DNA of 33,000 nucleotides, taken from contig OU015569.1 in the NCBI GenBank assembly GCA_907165135.1, forward strand, positions 10,168,001 through 10,201,000. The letters are read 5' to 3'. This DNA comes from Oikopleura dioica (taxonomy: Eukaryota > Animalia > Chordata). A program made the translations under genes and the position numbers. Below the pieces are notes generated by a model. The model worked only from the letters and a program-made list of their open reading frames with translations, had not been told where the DNA came from and ran no database searches. Shown here one piece after another: positions 1-12,192 of this stretch; position 1 is the first letter of the stretch, and each line of letters starts with the position of its first letter.

Positions 1-2132
1 TCAAGTGGCAGTGGACGGTACTCATAAGGCTTGCAATCATTCTGTTGGGAAGGCAAGTTGTTGTGCGCCTCAGCCGAACTCATAGACTTTTTAGAAGTGA
101 CTTTGAAAGACCCATCAGCTTTTCTTTCCAAAATCAGAACATCTTGATCATCAATGACTTGGTCGTCGGGCAACATTCTTTTAGACAGGTCTTTCAGTCG
201 ATTTCCCGGAGTAGGCCGAGGCCGAAGAATTCGTGGATGAGTTTTTCTCGACGGATTTAAAATCGGATATTTGACATATGGGAATTTTCGACGAAGTTTG
301 AACGGAAGATTCAATCCTTCTCCTTGCGAGACGACTCTTTTTATTGGATCAGAAAGTGGATCGCCAGAGTCAATGAATGTGAGAAAGTCGCCGTTCTCTG
401 TATTCCATTCATCAGCATCGGTTGTTGTCGGTCTGGGATCGTAAACGAATTTATACTCCTGCTGTTTCACAGGCTCATCAATAGAAGGTTGGGCGGTAGT
501 CGTTGGTTGTTGAAATAGTTCTTCAGGTGGCGGGTTAGCAATCGGGACGCAGCTCGGAATATTCTCAACAGGAGGTTTCGGAGCAGTTTTTTTCGGGGCT
601 TTGCGTTTTGAAGCAGATTTCGCCGGGGGTTTCACTGGCTGAGAACTTTTACGTGGCTGAGAACTCTTCTGTGGCTGAGAGCTCTTCTGTGGTTGAGTTC
701 TCTTATGTGGCTGAGTACTCTTCTGTGGCTGAGTACTCTTACGCTTTCTGGACTCTAGGAACATGGATCCAGGGTCTACCTTCATTTTCAAACCTTCAAG
801 CTTGGAAGGTTTTGAGGGAATCGGTCGGGGTTCACAAGTGTGCACTTTTTCCTTATCCAGATGTCCATTTCGGCTTAAGAAACACTTCTTGACCTTGAGG
901 CCATCCAAATTAGACATGAAATGCATCACTGCATCTTCTTTTGGATCCTCTCCTTCTTTCTTCGTCGGAATTCGAACATTGCGAGGTCCACGCGGTTTGA
1001 ATGTCAACTCGAAGTTTTCAGGAAGGAGAGCCTTTTGCACCTCCTTCAAATTCATATTTTCAAGGCATTTTGCTGGCAGTGTGGTCGACTGGACAATGAC
1101 AGCTGGTTCAGAGGTCGGCTGAGTAACGGTCAGAGGTACTTCCTGGGAAACGATCGCTGGCTGACCTGGGAAGACCTCAATATTTTCAGCGGAAGAAGTC
1201 GCCCCTGAATCTCGTTTGGCAGAGCTTGGCGTTGCTTCGGCTGTCTTTTCCACCAATGCATTAATTGGAGCAACGTCTTCTAGGGTGAGATCTATCGTTT
1301 TATCCGGTTCGGATGATAGATCTATCGTTGGAACATGCTTATTTGCTACTTGTTTCGCTTTAGAGGGGGTCGGTTTCCTTGGCTTTGGAAAATTCTGCTT
1401 TCTAGCGAGATTTTCTTGACGTAGAAAGTGTTTCTTCGCATTGCCTGTTTGCCGAATCATCGCATCTCCTGCTACGTCTGCTTTGAACTGCAAATACTGC
1501 TGCATCACTTCGTCGGAAAACGCATCGGTGTTGATCCTGAAAAACTTATAATAAATGGCTTTGGAAGATTACTTACTTGTCGATATTTCCTTTGTCTTTC
1601 ATGCCCGAAACACCGCCACTCTTGTTGATCAGTTCCTGAAGCACGTCTGGAAAATCAGTGTCTGTGAGATTATCCAGAGTGTCGTGAATAAGTTTTTGTC
1701 CGACCGGTTTTGTTGGAAGTGTTGTTTTCGAAAAGGAGCTGCTGGCAGGCTCATTTGGGTTTCTTACTTCATCCGGGCTAAGAAAGAGTATTTAGGCTTA
1801 CAATCTGATTGTATTACATACCTTTCTCCTAGAATCGTTGATTTGCAAATACACAAGTCGTCTCTCTTTTTGACATAAGTAGTCAAATCGTCGACTTTGG
1901 CGGTAAGGGACTTCAAAAAGTCAAGAATCTCGGTTACTTTTCCATCAACTAACAGTAGATCGCTTTTATCCGGGTTTTACTTGTTCCGAAGAAAACATGT
2001 TTTGAAAATTATAAAGCAAATAAATCCGGTCCTTTTCGAAGCAACATTGAAAAGCTGAACCTGCGTCGACTTTGGAGGTGTTTCGTTTTTATCCGTGGAC
2101 GGGGGATTTCCCGAAGTTGCGTTTTCGGACAT
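1..2132 (-). CDS. Multi-exon orphan gene, low-complexity K/P/S/Q-rich protein with tandem SIM-like motifs; 3' end runs off the window
   Basis: ATG at 2132 (MSENATSGNPPSTDKNETPPKSTQ) directly after a tttatcag acceptor, followed by several short introns. A long exon (about 1536 to 1) reads in one frame at the points checked (TIDLSSEPDKTIDLT; QPQKSTQP repeats; ...YRPLPL at the edge). Confidence 0.7.
636..743 (-). repeat. 18-bp coding tandem repeat, 6 units (QPQKS[ST]-type hexapeptide)
   Basis: Units of tggctgag(a/t)actcttctg and variants on +; minus strand reads RKSTQPQKSTQPHKRTQPQKSSQPQKSSQPRKSSQP. Confidence 0.9.
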
Positions 2133-2272
2133 GCTCTGATAAATATTTCAGCGTTTTTTTAGGTACTAAGGGGATTCTCTAGCAAGGGAATGATTGAAAA
2201 GGAGCGAAATAAATAAGTAACTTGGGCATGTTCTCGAAAAGCCTCGCCAAGGTGAAACATTCAAAAACACCG

Positions 2273-2919
2273 CTATTCTTTCGTCATTTTAACAAATTTT
2301 ACCTTGAGAAATGATTTGCAGGCATTTTCGATTATGCGTTGAGATTTGGCATCACGAAGGTTTAAATTGGAGTCGATAGAGTTTTCATCGTGCGTTGTTT
2401 CTTTCAGGGGAGACGGTTTCATTTCTTCGTTGAGCGGAAACTCCGCCCAACTTCTACGAGCTGCTCTTTCTTCCTGATCGCTAAAAAATGAGGACCAGAG
2501 ATTCTTCCCTTTTTTTAAATGAGCGCGCTTGGCGCCGCGTCCAGCTGGATGAACTATTTTTTGACCAATCGCGCGCCAAAAGCACTCAATCCCGCTAAGC
2601 TTGAAATTCTCGCCAATCTTGCCTTCTTCTTCCGCGAAAAATATACCCGGGGAAACGTAGCCCTTCCAGGCTCGAGTCACCATTTTCAGATTAATGCTAA
2701 TTGAGTAAAAACGAAAAAACTCAACAATAATAATGCCTCATTGATTTCATCTATCTCAGTCATAAATAAAATCGACTGTATGAAGGGGTTCTTCATCGCT
2801 AAGAATAGCATGAATCGGTTTGTGTTCGGGACTGATGTTGGATCAATTTGCGTAGATAAAATCGGGAAATCAGTTGGCAGTTTCTGCTTCTTGAAAAATG
2901 TTTCGCTTTCGCCAGTCAT
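2273..2919 (-). CDS. Probable small orphan gene; exon structure uncertain
   Basis: Adjacent minus ORFs 2686-2919 and 2273-2683 separated by a T-rich intron-like segment (about 2698-2738); no recognisable homology. Confidence 0.35.
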
Positions 2920-3094
2920 TAACGATTTGAATCAGTAAAAGACGCATTTTTTATAAAGAGAGTATGGGCAGAGCTGGGACGCCACGGAAAACTACAAATT
3001 ACGGGATGAATTAGCGACTTGAAATAAAATTGTCAAGATTGGTTTGTGGAATCAAGGAAGAAACCGCTCTTTGTATGAGAGGAACGGACTTTAG

Positions 3095-3800
3095 AAGTCA
3101 TCTAATTCATTCCGTCTAAGTAGAAAGCCGAAGAAGAGCAAAAATGTGTTAACACGGCAGAGAAGCTACACTTTGTCACCAGAACAAAACTGCCGGCAGG
3201 TTTCTTTTGATAATTCAAGCCTCGCGACTTTATTTAAATTTGAAGGTGGGCTCGATCCAGAGCTTTGCGAATCGCGATAGCCACCATTTTGATAAGTACA
3301 TCAAAAATGCGTTGACCACGCGGCCGAGGAGACTGAGCGAACTGGACTCGAACACCGGTACACCGAATGACCGATCGCATCAAATGTCGGCTCTTTCGCA
3401 AGTGAGGTTTACGGACAACTCCTTGGATCGTTTCCGTCCTCGGAATCAACGAGGGCAGCGTCCTCGCCTTCCATCAAAGAACAGAGACTTCATCTCTGCA
3501 CAGTACAAGAGCACTCAAGGTAGAAAACGAGTCACTGCTGCGTTTGTAAAGCAACAATGTTTAGCGCTGCAGAGGCCGAGGAGTCTCTCGAACTCGGAAA
3601 GGCCCGAGAAGATGAGGAAGCTGATATCTGCGCCGATGGTTGTCGGACAGCACGGTCGAGAGCGCGAGACTTTAGACGAGTCGACCCGAGAGAGCTTGCC
3701 AAAACGAAAGTCAAATGCAACTGTCACTTCTGACCAATCTAACCGTTCTGTCACCAGCATCAGACAAATTTTACATCGACTCTGTCCCTCGCTTCGCTAA
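3095..3800 (+). CDS. Basic Arg/Ser-rich orphan protein; 5' end unresolved
   Basis: An exon reading KSSNSFRLSRKPKKSKNVLTRQRSYTLSPEQNCRQ joins in phase through a cag|gt...aag intron to the 197-aa ORF ending at 3800; AATAAA follows at about 3885. Confidence 0.5.
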
Positions 3801-4191
3801 CACACTCATAAAACCATTCGTCTCCGAAACGACCGTTTTCTACCTACACTTAACCGCAAGTTCAAACAAAATATAGCCTGCAAGAAATAAAGACAAGACA
3901 AGACTAGAGCAATCACTTCAAGAGTGACTGCTTTAGTTTTATTGAATTAAAATTTTATAAATGGATTCAAGCGTATTGCTGCTTGAATTCAGATTTTATT
4001 TGATTCCGTACAGGAATAAATAAGAACTTGTGTGTCCCTTTTCGAGGAATTGTACAAACACGATCCACCTAATTAGGCGTAAGTACAAGATTCAACTTCG
4101 TGGGACACACGAAGTCGGGCTCGCCCGGCGCTGGGCGTCTTTTTACTTTCTGCTGCGGACTAGCCGCAGACTTTTCTTCGCCCACTCTCTT

Positions 4192-4697
4192 CTAGCATCT
4201 CTCGGAGTGGGCAAAATCGTTGGAGAGGAGACCAGCGGGCGTTTCGAGGACAGTTAGGCCCACTGGATCATCTTCATTGATTCGGTTCCCTCTCGTTTCG
4301 GCCCTTCGGTGAAAGAGCATCTCGCAATGCCCCTTCGCCGAAGAGACCCGCAGAGGGAGGGGCTCTGATAAATCGTGGATCGCGAATTCTAAAATAAAAA
4401 AGTTGAAAATCAAATTTAAAAAATCGAGGGCTCCGCCGGACTCGGCAGCAAAAGCTGAAAAATCGCAAAAGCGTCTTACCTGTTGGACGACAAATGGCGA
4501 ACTGACGAATTTCCCAACTTTGGCTTGAAAACAACCCATGTTCTAGAGAATTTTCGCTTTTTCTTCTCCAAACTCAAAAACACACCATTTTTGATCATTT
4601 TTCGGAGTTTTTTCGCTATAAAAAGATTTTCCACCGTTGGAAATCTTTGTTCTCTCGTTTTCAAGTACAACTCTTGACTATGCTCCCGCTGGCGTTC
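4192..4697 (-). CDS. Possible small spliced gene; reading frame ambiguous
   Basis: Acceptor (tttttcag, about 4698), donor (cag|gtaag, about 4479) and acceptor (ttttag, about 4389) are clear, but all three frames give short unrecognisable peptides. Confidence 0.25.
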
Positions 4698-6434
4698 TGA
4701 AAAATAAAATTTGAAATAATTTTCACTAAATTTTCACGGTCAGAACATAATAATTGAGCTGGTCTGAGGTTGAAAGACTAGTTTTGCAGTTATTTTCAAA
4801 GCTTACTTTACTTGCTAAAACAAACAAAAATACATGTCAGGGCTGATAAATAGATGATATGGCAAAAGAGATAAATAAAATCAATTTCATATCGAACTTT
4901 GAAGTGTCAAGAAGAGAATAAGAAAGGGGCCGAAAGGACCAGCCAAACCTGGCTAGAATAGTTTTAGCGAGCTCCGAGGCTGGCAAGTATACAGTCAAGC
5001 TACAGGCACCGTCCGCGATCTCAAAAATGCATGAGAACGGAGATAGACCGGTCGGTTTTTTCAAAAGTTCCGAATCTCGGAACTAGAATACGCATAGATT
5101 AGAGATATTTATGATGGGCAGAACTTAAGGCTTATGGAACTGGAAGTTGGTGCGGCAATTAATATTATTCTTGAAAGAATTGGGTCAGTTAAGGAAATCC
5201 GAATGCTATTGAAATGAAAAAATATAAAAGACTTTGGTAGGTCTTCCTTGATTTCTTTCGCAAAAGAGAGTGATATATCTAAATTTAAGTAAACAGGGAG
5301 TTCTTTTCAAAAAATATAGAATTGTTAAATACATTAAAATTATATTGTTTTTCTTTTTTCCATAAGTGCAGTTAAAAATCAGTTTTGAACGGTTCAGGAC
5401 TTGTGAAAAATGTAAAAGTTTCAGGAGTTGAGTCTGAGTTTTGATATAACTAAAACTCTGTTGATGCTGTTGAAAGAATGAAACGTCAGGAAAGTTAGTG
5501 TATCTCAAGCTTTGCCCTCTTTTTCGTTAGAAAGAGAGCAAACTATTATTATATTTGTGGGATACGATGATACTTTTGTTTCTATTCGTACATAAGAAAT
5601 CGCTTTGGATGCAAGGGTTGGAACTAGTGGGATGGTCAAGGTAATAAATATGAGAAAAACACTTGTTATCTGTTCAGAATTTGCTTAGGTCAATTTTAGT
5701 AGAAGCAATAAATGAAATAAGTGCAAATTGCCAGGGCGCAGACTCGACTGCGCAAGTGATCAATTTCGTAAATGGAAGATAATGACAAAAATAAAAGGGA
5801 ATTTACAGTCGAGAATTCTCCGAAAGTGCAGTAATGATGTGACTTTCGATGGCATAGTAAACTTGCATTGACAATAAACCACATTTTATATCTTTTTGGA
5901 AGCGCGTTTCAAAGTCAGATCAAATAAGGGTCAGATAAATGTCAGTTAATTGGGGATAAATAAGGGGTGGAGGGTAGATATTGTTTTATGCTCTTGGAAG
6001 GCATTTACTGGGTATTTTTAGGGATGAAGATATATTTTCAGCGGTTTGAAAATATGGAGGAGCACGAGAGACGAGTCTTTCTCTAGGAATTGGATATCGT
6101 GGATTCATGCGTAAGCTGGCGGGTTTGTAGTTGTTGCTGTTTTGGAATCACCGTCACAAGGCCACTTTAGGGTCGATGAGTTTGTTGGAGTTCGCGTGAG
6201 CTGCTTTTGATCGGATGCACCCAGTAAGTCTTCTTACTGCTCAGTCTCCTAAGCCAAGAAGGCGCAGAAAATCGTTCAAAACTGCAAGTCACCCAAACTG
6301 CGGTGGTCGTGGCCGTGAGGGATATCGCGCGGAAGTGGAATAGCAATGTCTACCCAACGGGATCATAATTCTATTCAATTTACTAAGAGTAGAGAGAATC
6401 AGCTGATCCCAAGCTTTAGATTGACTGGATTGGT

Positions 6435-9202
6435 TTATGATTCGGATGGCTGTAGGTGGTTTATTACTAGGCTCTTGAGCCATTCGTTGAGCGGACCCCA
6501 AAGTAAGGAATGTTCCCATAATCGCTTGTCCAGATCCTGAATGCGAAAATAGAATTCCAATTTACTGAGATATCTCACCATGAGATCGTCAGCCAACTCC
6601 CAGCTGACTTGGTTGCGAAGCTCTTCGAAGTTGTGTGTGTATTTTGGTCGCACGCGCGCCGCATGTCCCCTTTGCGAAGCTTATCAAAGTGTTTTCAACT
6701 CGAATTAACCGTAAATGTATCATATGCTTAACGACTCAAAAGAGACGATTATAAGCCCGTACATAAGGCCTTTTTCAGTGTCTTCGGCCAACGGTTGGGC
6801 TTCTTCGATGTAACAGAAGTACTCAGCGAGGCCAAGCTCTTCGACTTGTCGGAACTCGCACGTTCTGTTCAGTATATCGGAGAAGGTGCAAAGCTGGTGA
6901 TTGCCGCCTTGGTCTTCAGATACGTCCGGTGCTGAGGAGTCTGAGGAGGACTCGCCAGCAGAAAGTCCAAGCCCACTGAAAGTTAGCTACTCCCTAAAAA
7001 AGGATTCTTACCTTGATTGACGCGAGGGATTGAGACGATTCATCAGACTCACGAAGGGGTGCCGCTTGTACTACGACAATTGATTATTGTATTTTCATCG
7101 ACACGATTACTTACCAGAATTTCGCTATTTCTCCCGAGCATAAGTTGCATTATCAGTCCAATTATATTCTTGAGCTGATAGCCAAAATGCTCCTCCCCGT
7201 CCTTACACGAAGCAATCAAATGCTTATTCACGTAAATGTGTGGAGATGAGATGTCGTATGATTTCCCGTAGAGCGATGGTTCATCATCTTTGAAGGGCGT
7301 CAAGATCAGCTCAAGGACATTGCTGTTGATGAAGCCCGACGGCGTTACTTCGAAAAGAACGCTCTTGGGTGAGATTTCGAAGATGGTGTCCACTCCGGAC
7401 TTGACGTCATTTGTGCGGCAGAGCTTTTGCAGCTTCGCGAAATAGGAATTGAGGGAACCAGTCGCCAGCTTCGAGGTCAACGCTCGCGCCATCGAAACAA
7501 CTTGCACTGGGTCACGTGCTTCCCGTGCGTTGATTATAACTGAAATAATTTTCATCGAATGGAAAAAAACAACAAATAGAGTTCAGTTGAAGAAAAACTT
7601 ACACTGAAGACTACGCAACTTACACTGTAGCGAGACCAGCTGTGTCGATGGCATTAGGTTTTTAAAAGCAGTCATGTAGAAGTATTTTTCATCTTCGGAA
7701 AACATCCAAGAGGAAAAAAAAGCAACCTTCTGTATCTTTTGGGCTTCGACGAGACTGTGCATAAATTTGAGCTTGTCGCCTAGTTTCTCCGCTGATACTC
7801 GGAAGTTACGTGTTTTACTCGTCGGGTCGATCTCCAAATAGCCTGGGAAGAGGTCGCCATTGACGGGAGCATAATCCCCTTCAATGTACGCCTGAAACTT
7901 GAAATAGCTAAGAATGGAAGTCACGCAAAATCTACCTTGGCTTCATCAGTGACCAAGGGCTGCGATTCCAAGTCGTCCATTTGGTTTTCCTCCTCGGTTG
8001 CTTGCTCAGGGTATTTTTGCCGCAAGAAAAACATGTGCGAAAAGTAGATAGCCACGCAAATCACCAGCAAGAGCACTAAAATAGATCTTATCGGAATTGT
8101 ATGCTATAAAACGGGCGCACCTATTATAACATAAGTGAGCGTGTGTTCAGAAGGATTAGTGATGTTATACTCCTCGTAGAATTGTTTGCACTCCTCGATT
8201 AGTGGATCCATTCCTGCCACCAATTCAGCACGATGCGTTTGATTGCAGAAATAGCAACGGTTCGAAAGTGTATCTTCCATGTGATCCTGGCATCTGACAC
8301 CCTTTTCTTTTAGAAATTCGTAAGCTTCGCTTTCTTCCATTTGAAAAAATGCCTCTATTTTTGACTTTTGATTGCATAAAGATCCTTGGCACTTAACGTG
8401 TGTGAGATGCTTGTTGTCGGATTTATCCAGCGGACATGAAACGTGAGAATAGTAACAGTAACCATAGCCCTTGAATTCTTCACGGCTGCTGATGTTGAAT
8501 CTGTACTTGTCTGGACTTTCATCGATTTCGAAAGACTTGAATTTATCCGTTTTTTCTGAGACTGATCCCGAAGAGTTTGTCTCGGACGAGTTCTGAGTCT
8601 CAATTACGTAGTTCCTTAACTCGAGTGTACGTAAATGAAAAGGATCTTTTACTAACCTCCAATCACACACGGCCGAATAATTGGCGCCGAAATAATCTTC
8701 AATGGTTTTTTTCATGTTTCTTGATTCAGGCGTGTCTTCCGGAGTCTCTTGATAGATGCAGAAATCCGTCTACAAAAGATAATTATTCAAGAAATACTCT
8801 CTGTATGTTATGAAAAATCTTAACACGAAGAGGACCAAACGTACAAGAGCGAGCTTTAGAATTTGCAGAGTTATTAGCATGGCCTCCTCAGCTTTTAATT
8901 CTAACGGCAAAAGGCAAGGGAAATACACGCCCGATAGATTTACCGCCCACGATAGAGCATTATGCTTTCGTAAATCATACGAAATAAAACCGAAATCGCT
9001 CATTGTCCCACGACTGTTTTACAGAATCTCTGTCGCTTTTAGACGTCTGTAAATTTTTCCCTCTTACGATATCACGCATTTTTCAACTTTTAATGAAATT
9101 TTACCGACTATCATTTCCATGGTAATGAAGGAAACTTACAGTAGCGGTGTTGTCTTGGCCAGAACTCAAGAGGGGGAAACTCAGGAGCCATACGCCCCTC
9201 AT
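6435..9202 (-). CDS. Type I membrane protein: signal peptide, Cys ectodomain, TM, degenerate TGF-beta/activin receptor-like (pseudo)kinase; a tail may extend to 6105
   Basis: Exon 9202-9140 MRGVWLLSFPLLSSGQDNTAT; ectodomain with ...YGYCYYSHVSC...VKCQGSLCN; spliced TM TYVIIVLLLVICVAIYFSHMFFL followed by RQK; phase-consistent cytoplasmic exons collinear with kinase subdomains (see findings). Confidence 0.65.
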
Positions 9203-9571
9203 CGTTGCCAGCTGAGCGTAGTCCGAATTCGACTTTTATTCTAAACTGAGGGATTACTGTCAGCATTACGAAAATAAGGAAGACTCTTTTAAAAAACAGA
9301 TTCAGTAGATTCAGCAGACAAAGTCAACATGAAAGCTCATTTTCCTTGAAGCTTTGAGAACAAGTTGTTTCTCGACTTTCTTGTAAGCTGTATAACTCGC
9401 ACTTAAAAACAGAAAACAGCAACGGTTTGTAGAAGCTGCGATAATTAGAATAAATCGCACGGAGGAACAGAAACTCTGAATTGAGAGCGTAATTGAAGAT
9501 ATCAGAGAACGAATAAATAGGAAACATATTTGGATGAGGGAATAAATAAGAGATTCATTGCATATCCGCGA

Positions 9572-10991
9572 CTAGAAACGGCCCCAGCAGGAGAGTCTTG
9601 ACAAGGATTTTGTGCTTGTTTCATTCAATTCTGGAGAAAGAAATGCAAGCGAATCCATTCCTATCTAGCTCTTTCGTGTGGTTGATGAGGTTGTTGAATC
9701 TGGCGATGGTTTGCTGCAGGTCGCCGCCGAAAGTGCCGACGTACTTGGTCGTTAAAATCGCATATAAATGGCCGAACAGCAAACAGTCGAGCTCGGAGAT
9801 GCGCTCGCCGAATAAATACGTCTTCTCTCCAAGAACACCCGAAAACACAGCGAGTACATTTGCGAACTCGCGGAGTACGTCTTTTCTTGTCATAACGTCC
9901 CACTGAAAAAAAACGTTAATTCATGTTTTGTCTTTTCTCTCTTTTTCGCTTTTTATGTAGCTGCCTCCCACGAAGAAGGAGGATCAGGATCAATCGCAAT
10001 TTCAATGCCCCTGGCGACAAATGAATTCAGTAAATTTTCTTTATTTTCCTAGCCGTTTTTATTTAGTGGCTCGGCTTTTTGGAGAGTCCAAAGTTGATAA
10101 TTATGATTAATAATTGCTTTTGGCTTCACTCACATTGTGGAGAGCGAGGTGTTTGAGCACGTTATCGCGTCTATTTTTAAACACGAACCCACGGAAAAAC
10201 CAGTAAACATCCAGTGGTTCGGTGTATCTCTTCTTCGTCACATTGAGCACAGTCGTTTGGTCCAGCCATGAGTGATACAGTTCCACGCGCTTGAGGACGT
10301 CTTATGAGGTTCAATCTGTATTTAAAGAAAAGCTGAATGAAGGAATCAACCTCGCCTATTAGACTGAAGAGACGTTTCTCGAGATCACTGTCTTCGGGAG
10401 AGGGCGTGTGCACGATCTCCTTCTTCTTCAACACTTCCTGAATCTCCTTGACGCCAGAGTAGATCTTCGACTTGTCGGAGAGGACAGGAACATTGCCGTT
10501 TCTCGATCTCCACTCTGTGTTCGCCGCTTCTACGATTTGAAACTCGATCCCGAGTGTCTTCAGCAGCGTCTGAACTTACTGTCTCTTATCTCTGTTTGTC
10601 TGTTCGTCTAAGCACAGCAATCTGTGTAAAAAACCTGCCTTAGAAACTCTCTTAGTAGCCTCAACCAAATCGGTTAACGAAACTGAAAAGCGGCTTTGCG
10701 AAAGTTACCATCACAATTTATTTTCTTCCTAGCGAATCAAATTAAAAAAACCTGTCCCGACTCTGTTTACAGGTATCCGAGCTAAGCTGGTCGTGTCTTA
10801 TTTACCTGTACGGCGATGCAGTCGGCCGATTGCTCCAGCAGCTGTTGTTTCTTTTGGAAAGGGACGAAGAGCTAAAGATTTCTCTAAATCGAGCTGATTC
10901 GGATGTTGAGAATTACTTTTAGTCCCACTGAAGCGAAATCGATCGCCCCTTCAATCGCTTTGGCGGCCTTTTGACTGTCGTACTCTGGCAT
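9572..10991 (-). CDS. MTX2: Metaxin-2 (GST-like, mitochondrial outer membrane SAM complex)
   Basis: Spliced ADCIAVQ|TLLKTLGIEFQIVEAANTEWRSRNGNVPVL, ELYHSWLDQTTVLNVTKKRY, and LGEKTYLFGERISELDCLLFGHLYAILTT match metaxin-2 motifs (SLAVQAFL, NAEYMSPSGKVP, PTELDALVFGHLYTILTT). Stop is at 9621, or at 9572 via a GA-AG intron. Confidence 0.88.
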
Positions 10992-11147
10992 TGCTGAAAA
11001 GTGGAAATTGAAATTTAATTTAATTTGTAATAGTAAAAGCTGCAAGTTTTTGGAAATTAAGCGGCTATCATAAAACAATGGAAATTTAACGAGCAGAAGA
11101 ATGACATGGGTACGATAATTGAAGGGTTTCTGTCTTCCGACAGTTAA

Positions 11148-11837
11148 GGGATCCCCCCCTGATTTCGCCAACTTTGACCTCTATCTACTTTTTTTTGAGC
11201 TTACGTAGGAAGCTGGTTTTAGGCGCATTAGAAAGCCCGCTTTAAAAGGAGCAAATTCTGGTAGAATCAGCTTGCCAGCATAACATTCGATTATGCATTA
11301 CAGGCCGTCAAAGTGATTAAAGTTGGCGAAAATGGCTATTTTTGACCATTTTCAAATCGTATCTACTTTTTTTGGGGCTTTTTAATCACCAATATTTTTG
11401 CTTCTATAGATAGCTAAGAGCCTAAACTTAATATTCTGGTAGAACCAGCATAACTGGATGAGTGAAAAAAATTTTCCTAGTTGTAGAAGTTTTTGGAGCC
11501 ATTTTTGGCATTTTTTTGGTGGTTAAATGCTCTCTAGCGCCAACAAATGGCCGAAGATTCTAGTGCGGATATCATATTCGTAATCAGCGCATTCTAAGCT
11601 TTCGATCAACCCCTTACTTGTCCTCTTTTGATAACGATGAAAAATTGAAAAAAATCGCGATTTTCACGCTAAGTACAAATTACATGCATTTTCCCAAACT
11701 TTGGAGGCCAAAATTTTTGGGATGCATTTATGTAGAGGGGTACTATAATATATCAAAATGATCCTCAGAACACGAGGAATCTAATGATAGGCGAAGATAA
11801 GCTGTGCCAAGGTTTTGAAAAATCGGGGGGTGATCCC
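11148..11837. mobile_element. Non-autonomous TIR element (690 bp) with TTAA target duplication, Kolobok-like ends
   Basis: TTAA|GGGATCCCCCCCTGATTT ... AAATCGGGGGGTGATCCC|TTAA; imperfect TIR of about 18 bp; AT-rich, no long ORF. Confidence 0.8.
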
Positions 11838-12147
11838 TTAATGTTACCGATTGACCCCGACCTACTCCAGCAGATTGCACTTTTTGCATAAACAAAATAT
11901 CAAATTAATAAATAACCGAAATTCAGAAAAATTAAAGCTTTCTTGAAATTCAAATGAGAGTTCACGGGATCTCCCTCTTGTTGAATTCAGGCTCAGATTT
12001 ATTTTCTCGATAACTTTTCATTTTTTTTTTATTTCTCTTTTTGTAACTCATGTGAAAAAAATTGCTGGCAGAGTTTTCTCAAGCGTAAAGATCTGATGGT
12101 GAGGTTCAAGTGCGATGTTTCTCTTCATTTTTGGCGTTTTAGCGCCT

Positions 12148-12192
12148 GTGATTGGGCGAATTCTCTCTCTCTCTCTCCTCTTCTCTCCCTCT
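12148..12192 (+). promoter_or_regulatory. Candidate NFAT5 promoter/TSS region (reverse CCAAT + CT-rich tract)
   Basis: gATTGG at about 12150 followed by a (CT)n pyrimidine tract upstream of the NFAT5 exons. Confidence 0.3.

Noticed and set aside
636-743. Repeat array as CRISPR-like
   Set aside because: No spacers; it is an in-frame coding minisatellite in a eukaryotic gene.
45-1878. Plus-strand ORFs in the track over 45-1878 (and similar short antisense ORFs elsewhere)
   Set aside because: They are shadow ORFs antisense to real exons, with no independent support.
5066-5088. Hairpin agttccga-atc-tcggaact next to CTAG as a Helitron 3' end
   Set aside because: The hairpin overlaps the CTAG instead of preceding it, and no matching 5' end is identifiable.
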